This document shows positions 18,626 through 29,235 of a stretch of 64,000 bases of DNA, one piece after another. Positions within the stretch are counted from its first letter, which is position 1. Every line of letters starts with the position of its first letter. Source of the DNA: a virus; the IMG/VR virus record IMGVR_UViG_3300042892_002528, positions 7,054 through 71,053 of that record. The stretch is one strand, 5' to 3'. Both the position numbers and the translations under genes were made by a program. A model generated the notes under the pieces. It saw only the letters and a program-made list of their open reading frames with translations, was not told the origin of the DNA and made no database searches.

Positions 18626-19606
18626 TTATGCCCAGCTAACTTTTACCATACCGGTTCTACCCCAGTCACCATATAAACTTGTACATCCGCCAAAAGCGCT
18701 GTTAAACATTCCGCCATGACCAGGAATTAAATTACATCCTGCACAAGCCATTACACCTCGACCACCGCAGCAAGTAGTTGTAAAACAATCACACGTAATT
18801 GAACTCATATTTCCATTTGGTAATGGTAGTGAATATGTGCAAACATTACCATACGAGCTTGCGTTTAGCATCATAGCAGCATTTTGGCTTTTAAGGCCAT
18901 AAACTGTAGCATTAGTAGCTGTACCAAAAAAGCTTGCTGCAGCTAAAAAGTCTCTGCGCAGTGGGCCAGTTGGGTAACCGTTCATACAAGTAGAGGCAAG
19001 ACCAAGTCCACATATACAAGCACCACTTGCACCGCCACCGTAACCTTGTCCAGCCCACCTAGTACAACCAGTAGCCCATTGATTTCCTAGTTGGCACATA
19101 GTATACACCAAGTTAGCGCAACCACCCATAGCACAAAAATTTGTTAAACCTGCGCCAGTAACAAAACTAGGGCATCCGCTTACATCACACTGTTGTGTGC
19201 AATATGACTGTATTAAGTGTGCAGCTCCTGCACACAGTACATATGCGTTTCCTGGTGTTACAGTCATGCAAACACTAGCGTAAGCACCTGAATTACCTGT
19301 GGGTGCAAATCCGCAACAAAGACCTGCTTGGCTGCCTGCTCCAGCTCCCCAAAGTTCAAATCGAGCTTTAGTTACACCTGCGGGTACAGTCCAGGTACAT
19401 GTTCCTCCGTCTCTGAAGTAAGTACCTGCGTCATATACACATATTTGACCTACTGGTGCAGGTATTTTTGGTAGTACTGCTGACCAAAAAGAGTAACACA
19501 AAGGATTATTTAATATTGGTATAATTTCTGTAGGTTCTCCTAAGAGCTCTACTCGCATATCTCTAGTTCCTTTAGAGATAGCGTTATGCATTAATATATC
19601 TGACAT
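18626..19606 (-). CDS. Cys/Gly-rich putative virion protein (paralogue of 16858-17937)
   Basis: About 25 Cys in 326 aa; same MSDIL start, CTWTVPAGVT core and GRTGMVKVSW end. Confidence 0.65.
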   Translation of the reverse strand: MSDILMHNAISKGTRDMRVELLGEPTEIIPILNNPLCYSFWSAVLPKIPAPVGQICVYDAGTYFRDGGTCTWTVPAGVTKARFELWGAGAGSQAGLCCGFAPTGNSGAYASVCMTVTPGNAYVLCAGAAHLIQSYCTQQCDVSGCPSFVTGAGLTNFCAMGGCANLVYTMCQLGNQWATGCTRWAGQGYGGGASGACICGLGLASTCMNGYPTGPLRRDFLAAASFFGTATNATVYGLKSQNAAMMLNASSYGNVCTYSLPLPNGNMSSITCDCFTTTCCGGRGVMACAGCNLIPGHGGMFNSAFGGCTSLYGDWGRTGMVKVSWA

Positions 19607-19617
19607 ATATAATTTCC

Positions 19618-22494
19618 TTAAACTACGGTAATGGTTTTTATACTACCATCAGTTTCGTTGTATGTAAGAGATACTGATTTAGTAACCCCCGCCTTTATTT
19701 CTTGATAGCTATTAACTACGGTTTGTAATTGTACATTACCAAATGTACCATAAACAACATTAGTAAAATTAATGCCTGTGGTATCTTGCATTGCAGTTAC
19801 CCTTGGAGCACCACGAATAGTACTATAAGCAACAGTATCTACGCTAGTATAATTTACTGTTTTATCACCTGAATTGTTGTCTACATAAGTTTTTACAGCA
19901 AATTCAGTAGGTACAGCATTATTTGAATTACCACTCATTGTACCATCACTGGAGAACTCATTAATAAGTTCGCCAAGCTGAGCACCAATTGATCCTAGTT
20001 TCAAACTAGTTAAACCTGCCAAATCGAAAGCAGAGGCATTTAGAGTTGCACGTCCAGTAGCTTGATCAATACGGAAGTATTCACCTACGCGGAAATTACC
20101 ATCTTGGTCAGTAGACACAAAGTAAACACGACCAGGGTATGCTTCATCAACTTCGTTGCCTTGAGCAGATGGTTGAGTAGGAGTATTTGGGTAATTAGTA
20201 GTAGCTGTTCCACCTGTACCAATACTTAAAAAGTCATGTCCTGTTAAACGAATTTGTGAATATTTATATCTTATTGTAACAGAAGAACCACTTGCACTTC
20301 CAGTCGGTTTTTCTTGTGCTAATACTATAGCTATTTTACTTGTAGCATCTACATAAGTACCTGTTACACTTTGTATAACATAGCTAATCGTATCGCCTGC
20401 AATACTAATAGAGGCTCCGGGGGTAGGTAAAGTAGCTAAACCTGTTACTACTAGTATAAATCCTTTTTGATCTTCTAAAGCACCAGCACTTACAACACCA
20501 GTTCCGCCACTTGTAAATGTTAGTGGATTACCTAATGTAAATGTTCCAGTAGCGCTAGTAACATAAATTTTATTAGCGTTAGACTGTACATTAGTTACTG
20601 TGGCTGTAGCACCTGTAGCAGTATTAGTAACTGTATCACCTACTACAATGTTACCACCAGTATACAAGAAGTTTAATTGTTGTCCAAATACACTTCCAGT
20701 TACAGGTGTTTCACCTGCTAAAAAGCCTCGGCTGGTTGCTCCCCAGGTTCCGTAACTGTTGTTACCATTAAGTGAGCGAATAAATCCACCACCAGTAGCA
20801 GTATATCCAAAATAATTATAATAAGTAAAACAACTAACAATTTCAGCTTTACCACCATCTTTTACCCAAAAGCCTACACCGTTGTCGTTAATACAAGTGA
20901 ATGCATGGAAGATCATACTCTTATTACCTTGTGCATTAACACTACCGTCAACTAAGGCAGCAATAGCACCTGATCCAATAAAAGAACACTCTAATACATA
21001 AGGAGATTTAAACAATATAGGAGCACTAGGATTTAATCTTACTACTACACCTCTAATAGTAGAAGTAGTAATGTCTGCGGCAGTAGTTCCAGGAACCCAG
21101 CCAGTCATACCTTTAAACGTCATCCTATTTAAAATAGAACCATCGTTCATTAAAAACATAGAAGAATTAATGTTTAAAACAGAACCGTCATCGCTAAAAC
21201 CGCTTTTAGGTTGAACAACTACAGTACGTTGATTGTCTCCGACAATAGCTACGTTTGCTGGAACTGTTATAGGTAATTGTTCGTTATAAACACCTGTACT
21301 AACAAAAATTGTACCACCATTAGTGCCAATATTATCACAAGCATAGCGAATAGAAGCATAAGGAGTAGCTAAATTTTTACCAGCAGCTGCTGTATCTGTT
21401 CCGTGTGGCGCTACATATCTGACGTTTAGACTCTCAGTAGCCCCTATCCAGTCTACACCGTTACCAGCTGCATTAACTGTTAAACTTCTACCAGAATCTC
21501 CTGCTTCAAGAGCAGGCAATAAATCTGAAGCACCTACTACAAATTCTTGCCATTTACCAGCTGTAAAATCAACAGTAAAATCAGAGCCAGCAGTATGATC
21601 TTGAGCAGCTATGTAAACACTACCTGTTGCACTTTTAACAATATCATCTTTAACATAAACTGTAGTAGCTGTCCAAGCATTTTTCCACTGAAGACCACTT
21701 GCAAATCGTGCCCATCTAGAAGCAGACAAATCAGTAGCAAAAGTTGTGGCTGTGTGTCTTAAAAGACATATATAGCTTGTTCCGCCACGAATAACAATAT
21801 CATTTATAAAGTATTCTGTACCAACTGTCCAAGTACCTTTTGTACGGAAACCTTCCGTAAATACTTCCCAGTAACCCGAATTTAAACTACCATTAGCTAA
21901 TGTAGGTAATTGATTAGTTGAATTAGTAGTTGCTTTAAAAGTATTAGCACCGTAGCTAACAACTCTTCCTGCAGCATAAGCTGTTGCTGAATTCCATGCT
22001 CCTGCAAAAGATATACCGTCTACTAGTTTATCCCAATAAGTTGCATTTATAGGATTATTTCCAGTACTATCTATTTTAGCTATATATGCCGATCCACCAT
22101 ATGTTACAACGTCATTTCTTTGATATGCAGTTGCATCTGAGTAGCTAGCTTCATATTGAATACCGTCAGCAAATTGCGACCAGTATGTAGTGTTAGGAGG
22201 TGTGTTTGCACTACCATCAGCAATAGCAATATATACTCTACCACCATATGCAATACCATCACCAACTTTATAAGCTGTTGAGGCGCTGTATACGCCTGTA
22301 AACTTTATACCCTCTACCAACAAAGACCAAAAATTGGTAAGAGTTGGTATACGTCCGGCCTCATTAACAGGATAAACGTAAACGTAAACATTTCCACCGT
22401 AACGAACGCAATCGTTGTATTCGTATATAGTAGTTGACGACCAATTGCCCTGAAATGATAGGCGTAATTTTCCTAAGTCAAGAATTTGTCCCAT
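19618..22494 (-). CDS. virion structural protein with carbohydrate-binding-like repeats and a beta-helix domain
   Basis: Six G.W...T.Y..ND.V.YGG..Y repeats (CBM5/12-like), then YVAPHGTD..PYASIRYA..EQLPITVP.NV.IVGD pectin-lyase-like region. Confidence 0.7.
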   Translation of the reverse strand: MGQILDLGKLRLSFQGNWSSTTIYEYNDCVRYGGNVYVYVYPVNEAGRIPTLTNFWSLLVEGIKFTGVYSASTAYKVGDGIAYGGRVYIAIADGSANTPPNTTYWSQFADGIQYEASYSDATAYQRNDVVTYGGSAYIAKIDSTGNNPINATYWDKLVDGISFAGAWNSATAYAAGRVVSYGANTFKATTNSTNQLPTLANGSLNSGYWEVFTEGFRTKGTWTVGTEYFINDIVIRGGTSYICLLRHTATTFATDLSASRWARFASGLQWKNAWTATTVYVKDDIVKSATGSVYIAAQDHTAGSDFTVDFTAGKWQEFVVGASDLLPALEAGDSGRSLTVNAAGNGVDWIGATESLNVRYVAPHGTDTAAAGKNLATPYASIRYACDNIGTNGGTIFVSTGVYNEQLPITVPANVAIVGDNQRTVVVQPKSGFSDDGSVLNINSSMFLMNDGSILNRMTFKGMTGWVPGTTAADITTSTIRGVVVRLNPSAPILFKSPYVLECSFIGSGAIAALVDGSVNAQGNKSMIFHAFTCINDNGVGFWVKDGGKAEIVSCFTYYNYFGYTATGGGFIRSLNGNNSYGTWGATSRGFLAGETPVTGSVFGQQLNFLYTGGNIVVGDTVTNTATGATATVTNVQSNANKIYVTSATGTFTLGNPLTFTSGGTGVVSAGALEDQKGFILVVTGLATLPTPGASISIAGDTISYVIQSVTGTYVDATSKIAIVLAQEKPTGSASGSSVTIRYKYSQIRLTGHDFLSIGTGGTATTNYPNTPTQPSAQGNEVDEAYPGRVYFVSTDQDGNFRVGEYFRIDQATGRATLNASAFDLAGLTSLKLGSIGAQLGELINEFSSDGTMSGNSNNAVPTEFAVKTYVDNNSGDKTVNYTSVDTVAYSTIRGAPRVTAMQDTTGINFTNVVYGTFGNVQLQTVVNSYQEIKAGVTKSVSLTYNETDGSIKTITVV

Positions 22495-22763
22495 TATAGA
22501 ATCCTCATTAATAATTTATTTTTCCATACTGTACTATTATCACCCCAGTAAAATAGTACGCTGTTCTTTGACCAAAACCATGCTTGGTATTGATTTCTAT
22601 CTATGTTATATACTGGTTGTGGTAAACTAACAGGCTCATTGCCGTCTAGAATATTCATATATAATTTCCCAGTTGTGGGATTAAAATTAAAACCGTAAAA
22701 TACCTTGTCAGCTATTTCTGTAGCTGTGTCAAGAAACGTATCTGGTTCAAAAGTTCCAGCCAT
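22494..22763 (-). CDS. hypothetical virion-module protein
   Basis: 89 aa; TAATG-coupled to both neighbours. Confidence 0.6.
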   Translation of the reverse strand: MAGTFEPDTFLDTATEIADKVFYGFNFNPTTGKLYMNILDGNEPVSLPQPVYNIDRNQYQAWFWSKNSVLFYWGDNSTVWKNKLLMRIL

Positions 22764-23083
22764 TATGCTACTCCTTGTAATATAGAAAAGACAGCATCTA
22801 TACTGGATGCTAATCCAGAAGAGATAACTAATGTATCTCCTGCCGCAAGTACTAGTTTAGTACCCTTGAATACGTCAAAAGCATCGCCCGCCTCAATACG
22901 TTTATTTTTTTGAAGATAAGTATCTGTAGTACCTCTGCGAAGTATTAAATTAATAGGTACTGATGTAGTCAAAAGATTACTTAGATTACCTCCAATAACA
23001 ATTGACTTTTCAGTAGCAGTAAAATTAATTACTTCAGTAGTACCTACACCCCTTGAAATTGCATTTATAAATATTGTTGCCAT
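22763..23083 (-). CDS. small conserved virion protein
   Basis: 106 aa beta-rich; KLVLAAGDTL...IDAVFSIL motif typical of aquatic phage fibre modules. Confidence 0.65.
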   Translation of the reverse strand: MATIFINAISRGVGTTEVINFTATEKSIVIGGNLSNLLTTSVPINLILRRGTTDTYLQKNKRIEAGDAFDVFKGTKLVLAAGDTLVISSGLASSIDAVFSILQGVA

Positions 23084-23087
23084 ATTT

Positions 23088-24545
23088 TTATCCTAACGCT
23101 ATTGCATAGACGGTTGCTGCATTTGTAGCAACTTCTTCTATCGATTGAGCACTTACTGAGTCACCTAATAGCTCTCGGACAATTATTTGAGCTCCACTAT
23201 TTAGTGTCGGGGAAGTAATTGTTAAAGTAGTTCCAGAAACAGTATAATCAGTAGTAGGTCTTATTACTACACCATTAACTACCACAAAAATAGTATTAGC
23301 AGTTAGTCCAGCATTAATTGTAAAAGTATTTGTACTTCCATTTGCCGTAAAAGATTCTGTTACCATGCTGTAAGGAGTAGTACCTACTGGACCAGTTGGT
23401 CCTTGAGCACCTTGTACTCCTTGAATACCTTGTGGCCCTTGTAATCCTGTTGCTCCTTGTAGTCCTATTGGTCCTGTAGGGCCTACTATTGTTGAAGCAG
23501 CCCCTGTAGGGCCTTGAAGACCTTGAGGTCCTGTTGCGCCTGTATCGCCTATAAGACCTTGAGGTCCTGGAATTATTGATGCAGGACCTTGAGGGCCTGT
23601 TGGACCATCACCAAGCATTTCTCTAATTACAATTTGACTTGCAGGACCTGGAGTTACTGTAAATCCTAAATTAGTACCAAGAACTGTATAGTCTGCACCT
23701 GGTCTTAATATTGTATTATTAACAATTACTAATAAATTATTAACACTAAGATTTGGACCTATAGCAAATGTAGCTGTAGTACCGTCCCCTGTATAAGTTT
23801 TAGTAGTAATTATAAAGGGGAATCCGTTACCTATAGGTCCTTGTATACCTTGGTCACCTTTGACACCTTGAGTACCTTGAGTACCCTGTGGACCTGTAGG
23901 TCCTTGAAAACCTTGAAGACCTTGAGGACCCTGGATACCTTGAGCTCCCTGAGGACCTTGTGCTCCCTGAATACCTGTTCTAGCAAAGGTAATAAGTATA
24001 TCTTCAGAATTTACAAAGGGAGTATTACTGCTTCCACTAACAAAAGAACAACCTATATTGAAGAAACCTTGCTCTTCGGAAATTGAAGTTATTGTAAATA
24101 ATCCAAATACTGAAAGATTAGACTTCTTAGAAATTCTAAAGTGACCTTTTATAGAGGCAGAAGAATTGTTAATTCCTCTTACGTATTCTTGAATATCTGA
24201 CGAACTATCATCTAGATCATCAATTCGCAGTATTGTTGCGAGATTGAGAGAAGCATTATTGAATTTTAACTTTCCTGGTCCAGGATCACTATTTGCTACA
24301 CTAGTATCAAATGTATAATCAAATGATGCACCACCAAAGTTACCGTCATTACCTTGTACACCTTGTGCTCCCGTGGGACCTATTGCTCCTGAAGAATATG
24401 GCAAGGAGTTCCAAGCGGATACTCCGTTACCAATCTTAAACTTTTCTGTGTCTAATTCTACACAAAGCTCACCTTCTACAAGAACAGGATTAACACTAGC
24501 CCACTGTGCCGCGGTGCCGCGTCTTAGTTGAACGTGAATTGCCAT
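23088..24545 (-). CDS. collagen-like fibre protein with Mtd_N-like N-terminus
   Basis: [40 protein letters not shown]; Gly-X-Y runs; C-terminal AIALG. Confidence 0.8.
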   Translation of the reverse strand: MAIHVQLRRGTAAQWASVNPVLVEGELCVELDTEKFKIGNGVSAWNSLPYSSGAIGPTGAQGVQGNDGNFGGASFDYTFDTSVANSDPGPGKLKFNNASLNLATILRIDDLDDSSSDIQEYVRGINNSSASIKGHFRISKKSNLSVFGLFTITSISEEQGFFNIGCSFVSGSSNTPFVNSEDILITFARTGIQGAQGPQGAQGIQGPQGLQGFQGPTGPQGTQGTQGVKGDQGIQGPIGNGFPFIITTKTYTGDGTTATFAIGPNLSVNNLLVIVNNTILRPGADYTVLGTNLGFTVTPGPASQIVIREMLGDGPTGPQGPASIIPGPQGLIGDTGATGPQGLQGPTGAASTIVGPTGPIGLQGATGLQGPQGIQGVQGAQGPTGPVGTTPYSMVTESFTANGSTNTFTINAGLTANTIFVVVNGVVIRPTTDYTVSGTTLTITSPTLNSGAQIIVRELLGDSVSAQSIEEVATNAATVYAIALG

Positions 24546-27500
24546 TAAATTACTCCTCCCCCATCAATTAAGGGTAAACCACCATAAACAGAATCAGGAC
24601 GTCCGCCGTCTAAATTGATTCCTTCGAGTGTACTTGTTAGTGTTAAACTTTTTGGACTTGTTGCGTTATTAGTATTAAGTATAATACCCGGTCCTGCAAC
24701 AAATTGTAACGTTGATTGTCCTGTTGCTACTAAACTTGTTTGCCCATTAACTGCTAAAGTGCTAAATGCGTCAGATAGACCCCCACCACCACCACCACCT
24801 GCTAGTGCGTTTAGAGTACCATCTTCAGTTATTGTTAAATTATTACCAACTTTAATACCGCCTAAGGCAGTTGTAGTTGCTGGTGAAAGTGTTGCTGTGC
24901 CGTTTTGACCGGCAGGTCCTTGGGCACCTGTAGGTCCCGTAGTACCTACTCCTGTAGCACCTGTAGGCCCAGTTAAACCTGTAGCACCTGTAGGTCCAGT
25001 TAAACCTGTAGCACCCGTAGGTCCTGCTACCGTTGAATCTAAACCATTTGCACCTTGTGCACCTGTTGGTCCTACAATACCTTGAGCACCTGTTGGTCCT
25101 GTATTACCTTGAACACCTGTTGGACCCGCTATTGTTGAATCAGCACCTGTAGGTCCTGCAATACCTTGCGAACCAGTGGGTCCTTGAATACCTTGTGAAC
25201 CAGTGGGGCCTGTAGTACCTTGAACACCTTGTGAACCAGTAGGTCCTGCAACTGTTGAGTCAGCACCTGTAGGACCTGTAATACCTTGTGAGCCCGTAGG
25301 ACCTGCAGTACCTTGATCGCCCTGGATACCTTGAATTCCTTGTGCACCTGTTGGACCTGCAGTACCTTGTATACCTTGAGCACCTGCGAGACCCGTAATA
25401 CCTTGATCGCCTTGTGCACCTTGAATACCTTGAATACCTTGTGAGCCAGTAGGACCTGTAGCACCTTGTGACCCTGTAGGTCCTGCAACGCCTTGTAAGC
25501 CAGTAGGACCTGCAACTGTTGAGTCAGCACCTGTAGGACCTTGAATACCTTGAATACCTTGTAGACCTTGAGGACCTTGTAGTCCGCTTGCACCACTTAA
25601 ATCTGTTGTATAAGTATAGTTTGTACCATTCCACAAGTACAATCGTGCATTGTCTGTGTCGCTAACGTTTCCTGTATCAATAACTGCGAACTGACCTGCT
25701 ACAATTCCTGTAGGAGCTGTGTCTGCAGTTAATGCAGCAACACTATCATAAATTTTTGCAATTGTAAAACCAAGACCTGTAGAACCAGTAGGGCCTGTGA
25801 CACCTTGAATACCTTGTGTACCTTGTGTACCTTGTATACCTTGAAGACCTGTCGGCCCTGTTGCTCCTGCAGTACCTTGATTGCCTGTAGGACCTGCAAC
25901 ACCTTGAGTACCTGTAGGTCCCTGTATACCTTGAATACCTTGAATACCTTGAGTACCCTGAATACCTTGAGCACCTGCAGGACCTGCTACTGTTGATGCA
26001 GCTCCTTGAATACCTTGAATACCTTGTGCACCTGTTGGCCCTGTAGGACCTGTAGCGCCATAACCAATACTTGTACCACCAACAGATAAAAATCCACCAC
26101 TAACACTAATTGGCGTACCGCCTAGGTCAATAGTATCAGCAGCAAAGTAACCAGTTTTCCAACGTTTTGTTGGAGAACCAATATTATATACTTGATCTAA
26201 TGCAGGTATAATATGGCTACTAACGTTAGTTAAGTCAATTGAGGGGCCTGTAGGACCTGTTGGGCCATCACCAATCATTTGTCTAACAACAATTTCTTCA
26301 CCAGTAAAAGGTGCTGCTGTAAACGTTAGTGTTGTTCCGCTTAGTGTATAATCTGTTATTGGTTTTAATACTAAACCATTAGAAATAACTATTATACTGT
26401 CAACAGTATATCCGCTATCAATAGTAAAATTAGTAGTACTGCTATCACCTGTATAAGTTTTAGTAGTAATTATAAAAGGGAATCCGTTACCTGTGGGTCC
26501 TGTTACACCTTGAATACCCTGAATACCTTGAATACCTTGAGCACCAGTAGGTCCTACAATACCTTGTATACCTTGTGACCCTGTAGGTCCTGCAACTGTT
26601 GATGCGGCTCCTGTAGGTCCTACAATACCTTGTGTACCTGTAGGACCTGTAGGACCTGCTACTGTTGATGCAACTCCTGTAGGTCCTTGTGTACCTTGTG
26701 TACCTTGAGGACCTGTAGGACCGTCACCAATCATTTGTCTAACAACAATTTCTTCACCAGTAAAAGGTGCTGCTGTAAACGTTAGTGTTGTTCCGCTTAG
26801 TGTATAATCTGTTATTGGTTTTAATACTAAACCATTAGAAATAACTATTATACTGTCAACAGTATATCCGCTATCAATAGTAAAATTAGTAGTACTGCTA
26901 TCACCTGTATAAGTTTTAGTAGTAATTATAAAAGGGAATCCGTTACCTATAGGTCCTTGAATACCTTGTGAGCCCTGAATACCTTGAATACCTTGTGACC
27001 CTGTAGGTCCTGCAACGCCTTGTAAGCCTGTTGACCCTGTAGCACCTGTTGGGCCTACTACTGTTGATGCAGCCCCTGTAGGTCCTTGATCACCTGTTGG
27101 ACCTGTAACACCTTGAATACCTTGTCCACCTGTAGGTCCTGTAATACCTTGAATACCTTGTATTCCTTGAGCACCTGTAGGGCCTGTAACACCTTGAATT
27201 CCTTGAATTCCTTGAACACCTTGAATTCCTTGAGTACCTGTGGGGCCTACAACACCTTGAATACCTTGATCGCCTTGTACACCTGTTGGTCCTGTAACAC
27301 CTTGTATTCCTTGATCGCCTTGTGCACCTGTTGGTCCTGTAACACCTTGAACACCTTGTATACCTGTTGGTCCTGTAACACCTTGAACACCTTGTGCACC
27401 TGTTGGTCCTGTAACACCTTGTATACCTTGATCACCTTGTATACCTGTTGGTCCTACAACACCTTGAACACCTTGTGCACCTGTTGGTCCTGTAACACCT

Positions 27501-29188
27501 TGAATACCTTGAATACCTTGTATTCCTTGATCGCCTTGTGCACCTGTTGGGCCTGTAACACCTTGAATACCCTGAATACCTTGGGCACCTGTTGGGCCTG
27601 TTACTGTTGATGCAGCTCCTTGAATACCTTGTACACCTGTAGGTCCTTGAGGACCCTGTAGTCCACTAGCACCGCTAAGGTCTGTTGTGTATGTATATGT
27701 TGTGCCACTCCAAAGATACAGTTTTGAATCATCTGGATTCTCTACATTACCTGTATCAATAATTGCGAATTGTCCTGCTACAATTCCGGTTGGTGCAGTA
27801 TCAGCTACTAAAGCAGCGACACTATCATAAATTTTTGCAATTGCAAAACCAAGACCAGTAGAACCAGTAGGGCCTGTGATACCTTGTATACCTTGTATAC
27901 CTTGATCACCTGTTGGGCCTGTTGGGCCTGTAACACCTTGTATACCTTGATCACCTGTTGGGCCTGTAACACCTTGAATTCCTTGAATTCCTGTTGGGCC
28001 TGTAACACCTTGTATACCTTGATCACCTGTTGGGCCTGTAACACCTTGTATTCCCTGAGCACCTGTAGGTCCTGTAACACCTTGAATACCTTGAATACCT
28101 TGAATTCCTTGAATTCCTTGATCACCTGTTGGGCCTGTAACACCTTGAATTCCTTGAATTCCTTGAATTCCTGTTGGGCCTACAACACCTTGTATTCCTT
28201 GATCACCTGTTGGGCCTACAATACCTTGTATTCCCTGAGCACCTGTAGGTCCTGTAACACCTTGAATACCTTGAATACCCTGAATTCCTTGAATTCCTTG
28301 ATCACCTGTTGGGCCTACAATACCTTGTATTCCCTGAGCACCTGTTGGACCTACAATACCTTGTATTCCTTGATCACCTGTTGGGCCTACAATACCTTGT
28401 ATTCCCTGAGCACCTGTTGGACCTACAATACCTTGTATTCCTTGAATTCCTGTTGGACCTGTAACACCTTGTATACCTTGTATACCTTGTATTCCTTGAT
28501 CACCTGTTGGGCCTACAACACCTTGAATTCCTTGATCACCTGTTGGGCCTACAACACCTTGAATTCCTTGAATTCCTGTGGGGCCCGTAACACCTTGAAT
28601 ACCTTGAACACCTTGAACACCTGTTGGGCCTGCAACTGTTGAATCAGCACCTGTTGGACCTTGGGCACCTGTTGGACCTACAACAGTAGATGCAGCACCT
28701 GTAGGCCCTACATCTCCATATCCAGATATTTCTCTGATTACTACCTGCAATCCTGCTGGAGGAGCAGTATTAAATATTACATTACTATTTAATACTGCAT
28801 AATCAGTAGTAGATTGGGCAATTCCGCCCATAAAAACTAAAACATTACTAGCACCTAGACCACTGCTAATTGCAAAAGTAACATTTGATCCGTCTGCTAT
28901 ATACTGTCTTGTAGTTGCGCTAAAAGGAATATTTCCGCTATTATTACTATTAATCCATTCAGTACCAGTATACTGTAGTGATTGTCCTACTACTGGATTT
29001 ACAATATTTACGTCTAGTAAATCATCAAGTCTAAGTATGTCTTTAAAATATTTAACTGAGTTGTTAGATGCTTTAAAATATATTTTGCCATCTGCATAGT
29101 TAATGGCTAACTCGCCATAGTCGAGATCACCAGCAAGTGGGACTTTGTCCACTACTGACGATTTCTTAAGAATAATCTTATTTGCCAT
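24545..29188 (-). CDS. giant collagen-like tail/whisker fibre protein (1547 aa)
   Basis: IILKKS...[16 protein letters not shown]-terminus; roughly 300 Gly-X-Y triplets interrupted by repeated globular modules. Confidence 0.85.
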   Translation of the reverse strand: MANKIILKKSSVVDKVPLAGDLDYGELAINYADGKIYFKASNNSVKYFKDILRLDDLLDVNIVNPVVGQSLQYTGTEWINSNNSGNIPFSATTRQYIADGSNVTFAISSGLGASNVLVFMGGIAQSTTDYAVLNSNVIFNTAPPAGLQVVIREISGYGDVGPTGAASTVVGPTGAQGPTGADSTVAGPTGVQGVQGIQGVTGPTGIQGIQGVVGPTGDQGIQGVVGPTGDQGIQGIQGIQGVTGPTGIQGIQGIVGPTGAQGIQGIVGPTGDQGIQGIVGPTGAQGIQGIVGPTGDQGIQGIQGIQGIQGVTGPTGAQGIQGIVGPTGDQGIQGVVGPTGIQGIQGIQGVTGPTGDQGIQGIQGIQGIQGVTGPTGAQGIQGVTGPTGDQGIQGVTGPTGIQGIQGVTGPTGDQGIQGVTGPTGPTGDQGIQGIQGITGPTGSTGLGFAIAKIYDSVAALVADTAPTGIVAGQFAIIDTGNVENPDDSKLYLWSGTTYTYTTDLSGASGLQGPQGPTGVQGIQGAASTVTGPTGAQGIQGIQGVTGPTGAQGDQGIQGIQGIQGVTGPTGAQGVQGVVGPTGIQGDQGIQGVTGPTGAQGVQGVTGPTGIQGVQGVTGPTGAQGDQGIQGVTGPTGVQGDQGIQGVVGPTGTQGIQGVQGIQGIQGVTGPTGAQGIQGIQGITGPTGGQGIQGVTGPTGDQGPTGAASTVVGPTGATGSTGLQGVAGPTGSQGIQGIQGSQGIQGPIGNGFPFIITTKTYTGDSSTTNFTIDSGYTVDSIIVISNGLVLKPITDYTLSGTTLTFTAAPFTGEEIVVRQMIGDGPTGPQGTQGTQGPTGVASTVAGPTGPTGTQGIVGPTGAASTVAGPTGSQGIQGIVGPTGAQGIQGIQGIQGVTGPTGNGFPFIITTKTYTGDSSTTNFTIDSGYTVDSIIVISNGLVLKPITDYTLSGTTLTFTAAPFTGEEIVVRQMIGDGPTGPTGPSIDLTNVSSHIIPALDQVYNIGSPTKRWKTGYFAADTIDLGGTPISVSGGFLSVGGTSIGYGATGPTGPTGAQGIQGIQGAASTVAGPAGAQGIQGTQGIQGIQGIQGPTGTQGVAGPTGNQGTAGATGPTGLQGIQGTQGTQGIQGVTGPTGSTGLGFTIAKIYDSVAALTADTAPTGIVAGQFAVIDTGNVSDTDNARLYLWNGTNYTYTTDLSGASGLQGPQGLQGIQGIQGPTGADSTVAGPTGLQGVAGPTGSQGATGPTGSQGIQGIQGAQGDQGITGLAGAQGIQGTAGPTGAQGIQGIQGDQGTAGPTGSQGITGPTGADSTVAGPTGSQGVQGTTGPTGSQGIQGPTGSQGIAGPTGADSTIAGPTGVQGNTGPTGAQGIVGPTGAQGANGLDSTVAGPTGATGLTGPTGATGLTGPTGATGVGTTGPTGAQGPAGQNGTATLSPATTTALGGIKVGNNLTITEDGTLNALAGGGGGGGLSDAFSTLAVNGQTSLVATGQSTLQFVAGPGIILNTNNATSPKSLTLTSTLEGINLDGGRPDSVYGGLPLIDGGGVI
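26268..26948. repeat. perfect 225-bp direct repeat (26268-26492 and 26724-26948)
   Basis: Base-by-base reading found no mismatch; encodes the [16 protein letters not shown]...RQMIGD module. Confidence 0.85.
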
Positions 29189-29207
29189 AGTTAGCCCTAA
29201 AAAGGAT

Positions 29208-29233
29208 AGGGAAACTTATAGAAGTTTCCCTTT
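29208..29233. terminator. intergenic hairpin AGGGAAACTT-ATAG-AAGTTTCCCT
   Basis: 10-bp inverted repeat between fibre genes; U-tract weak on the coding (-) strand. Confidence 0.45.
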
Positions 29234-29235
29234 TA

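Noticed and set aside
23088-24545. Diversity-generating retroelement suggested by the Mtd_N-like domain
   Set aside because: No reverse transcriptase and no TR/VR pair with adenine-specific mismatches in the window; the 225-bp repeat is perfect
25129-28642. Alternative-frame and antisense ORFs in the collagen gene (e.g. 27884-28642 +, 27086-27610 +, 25129-25596 -)
   Set aside because: Periodic NTL/TCW and KVF/KVL peptides are shadows of repetitive Gly-X-Y codons that lack stops; no RBS
27000-28650. CRISPR-like appearance of recurring CCTGTTGGGCCTGTAACACCTTG units
   Set aside because: No unique spacers; units are multiples of 9 nt in frame within a collagen CDS; no cas genes
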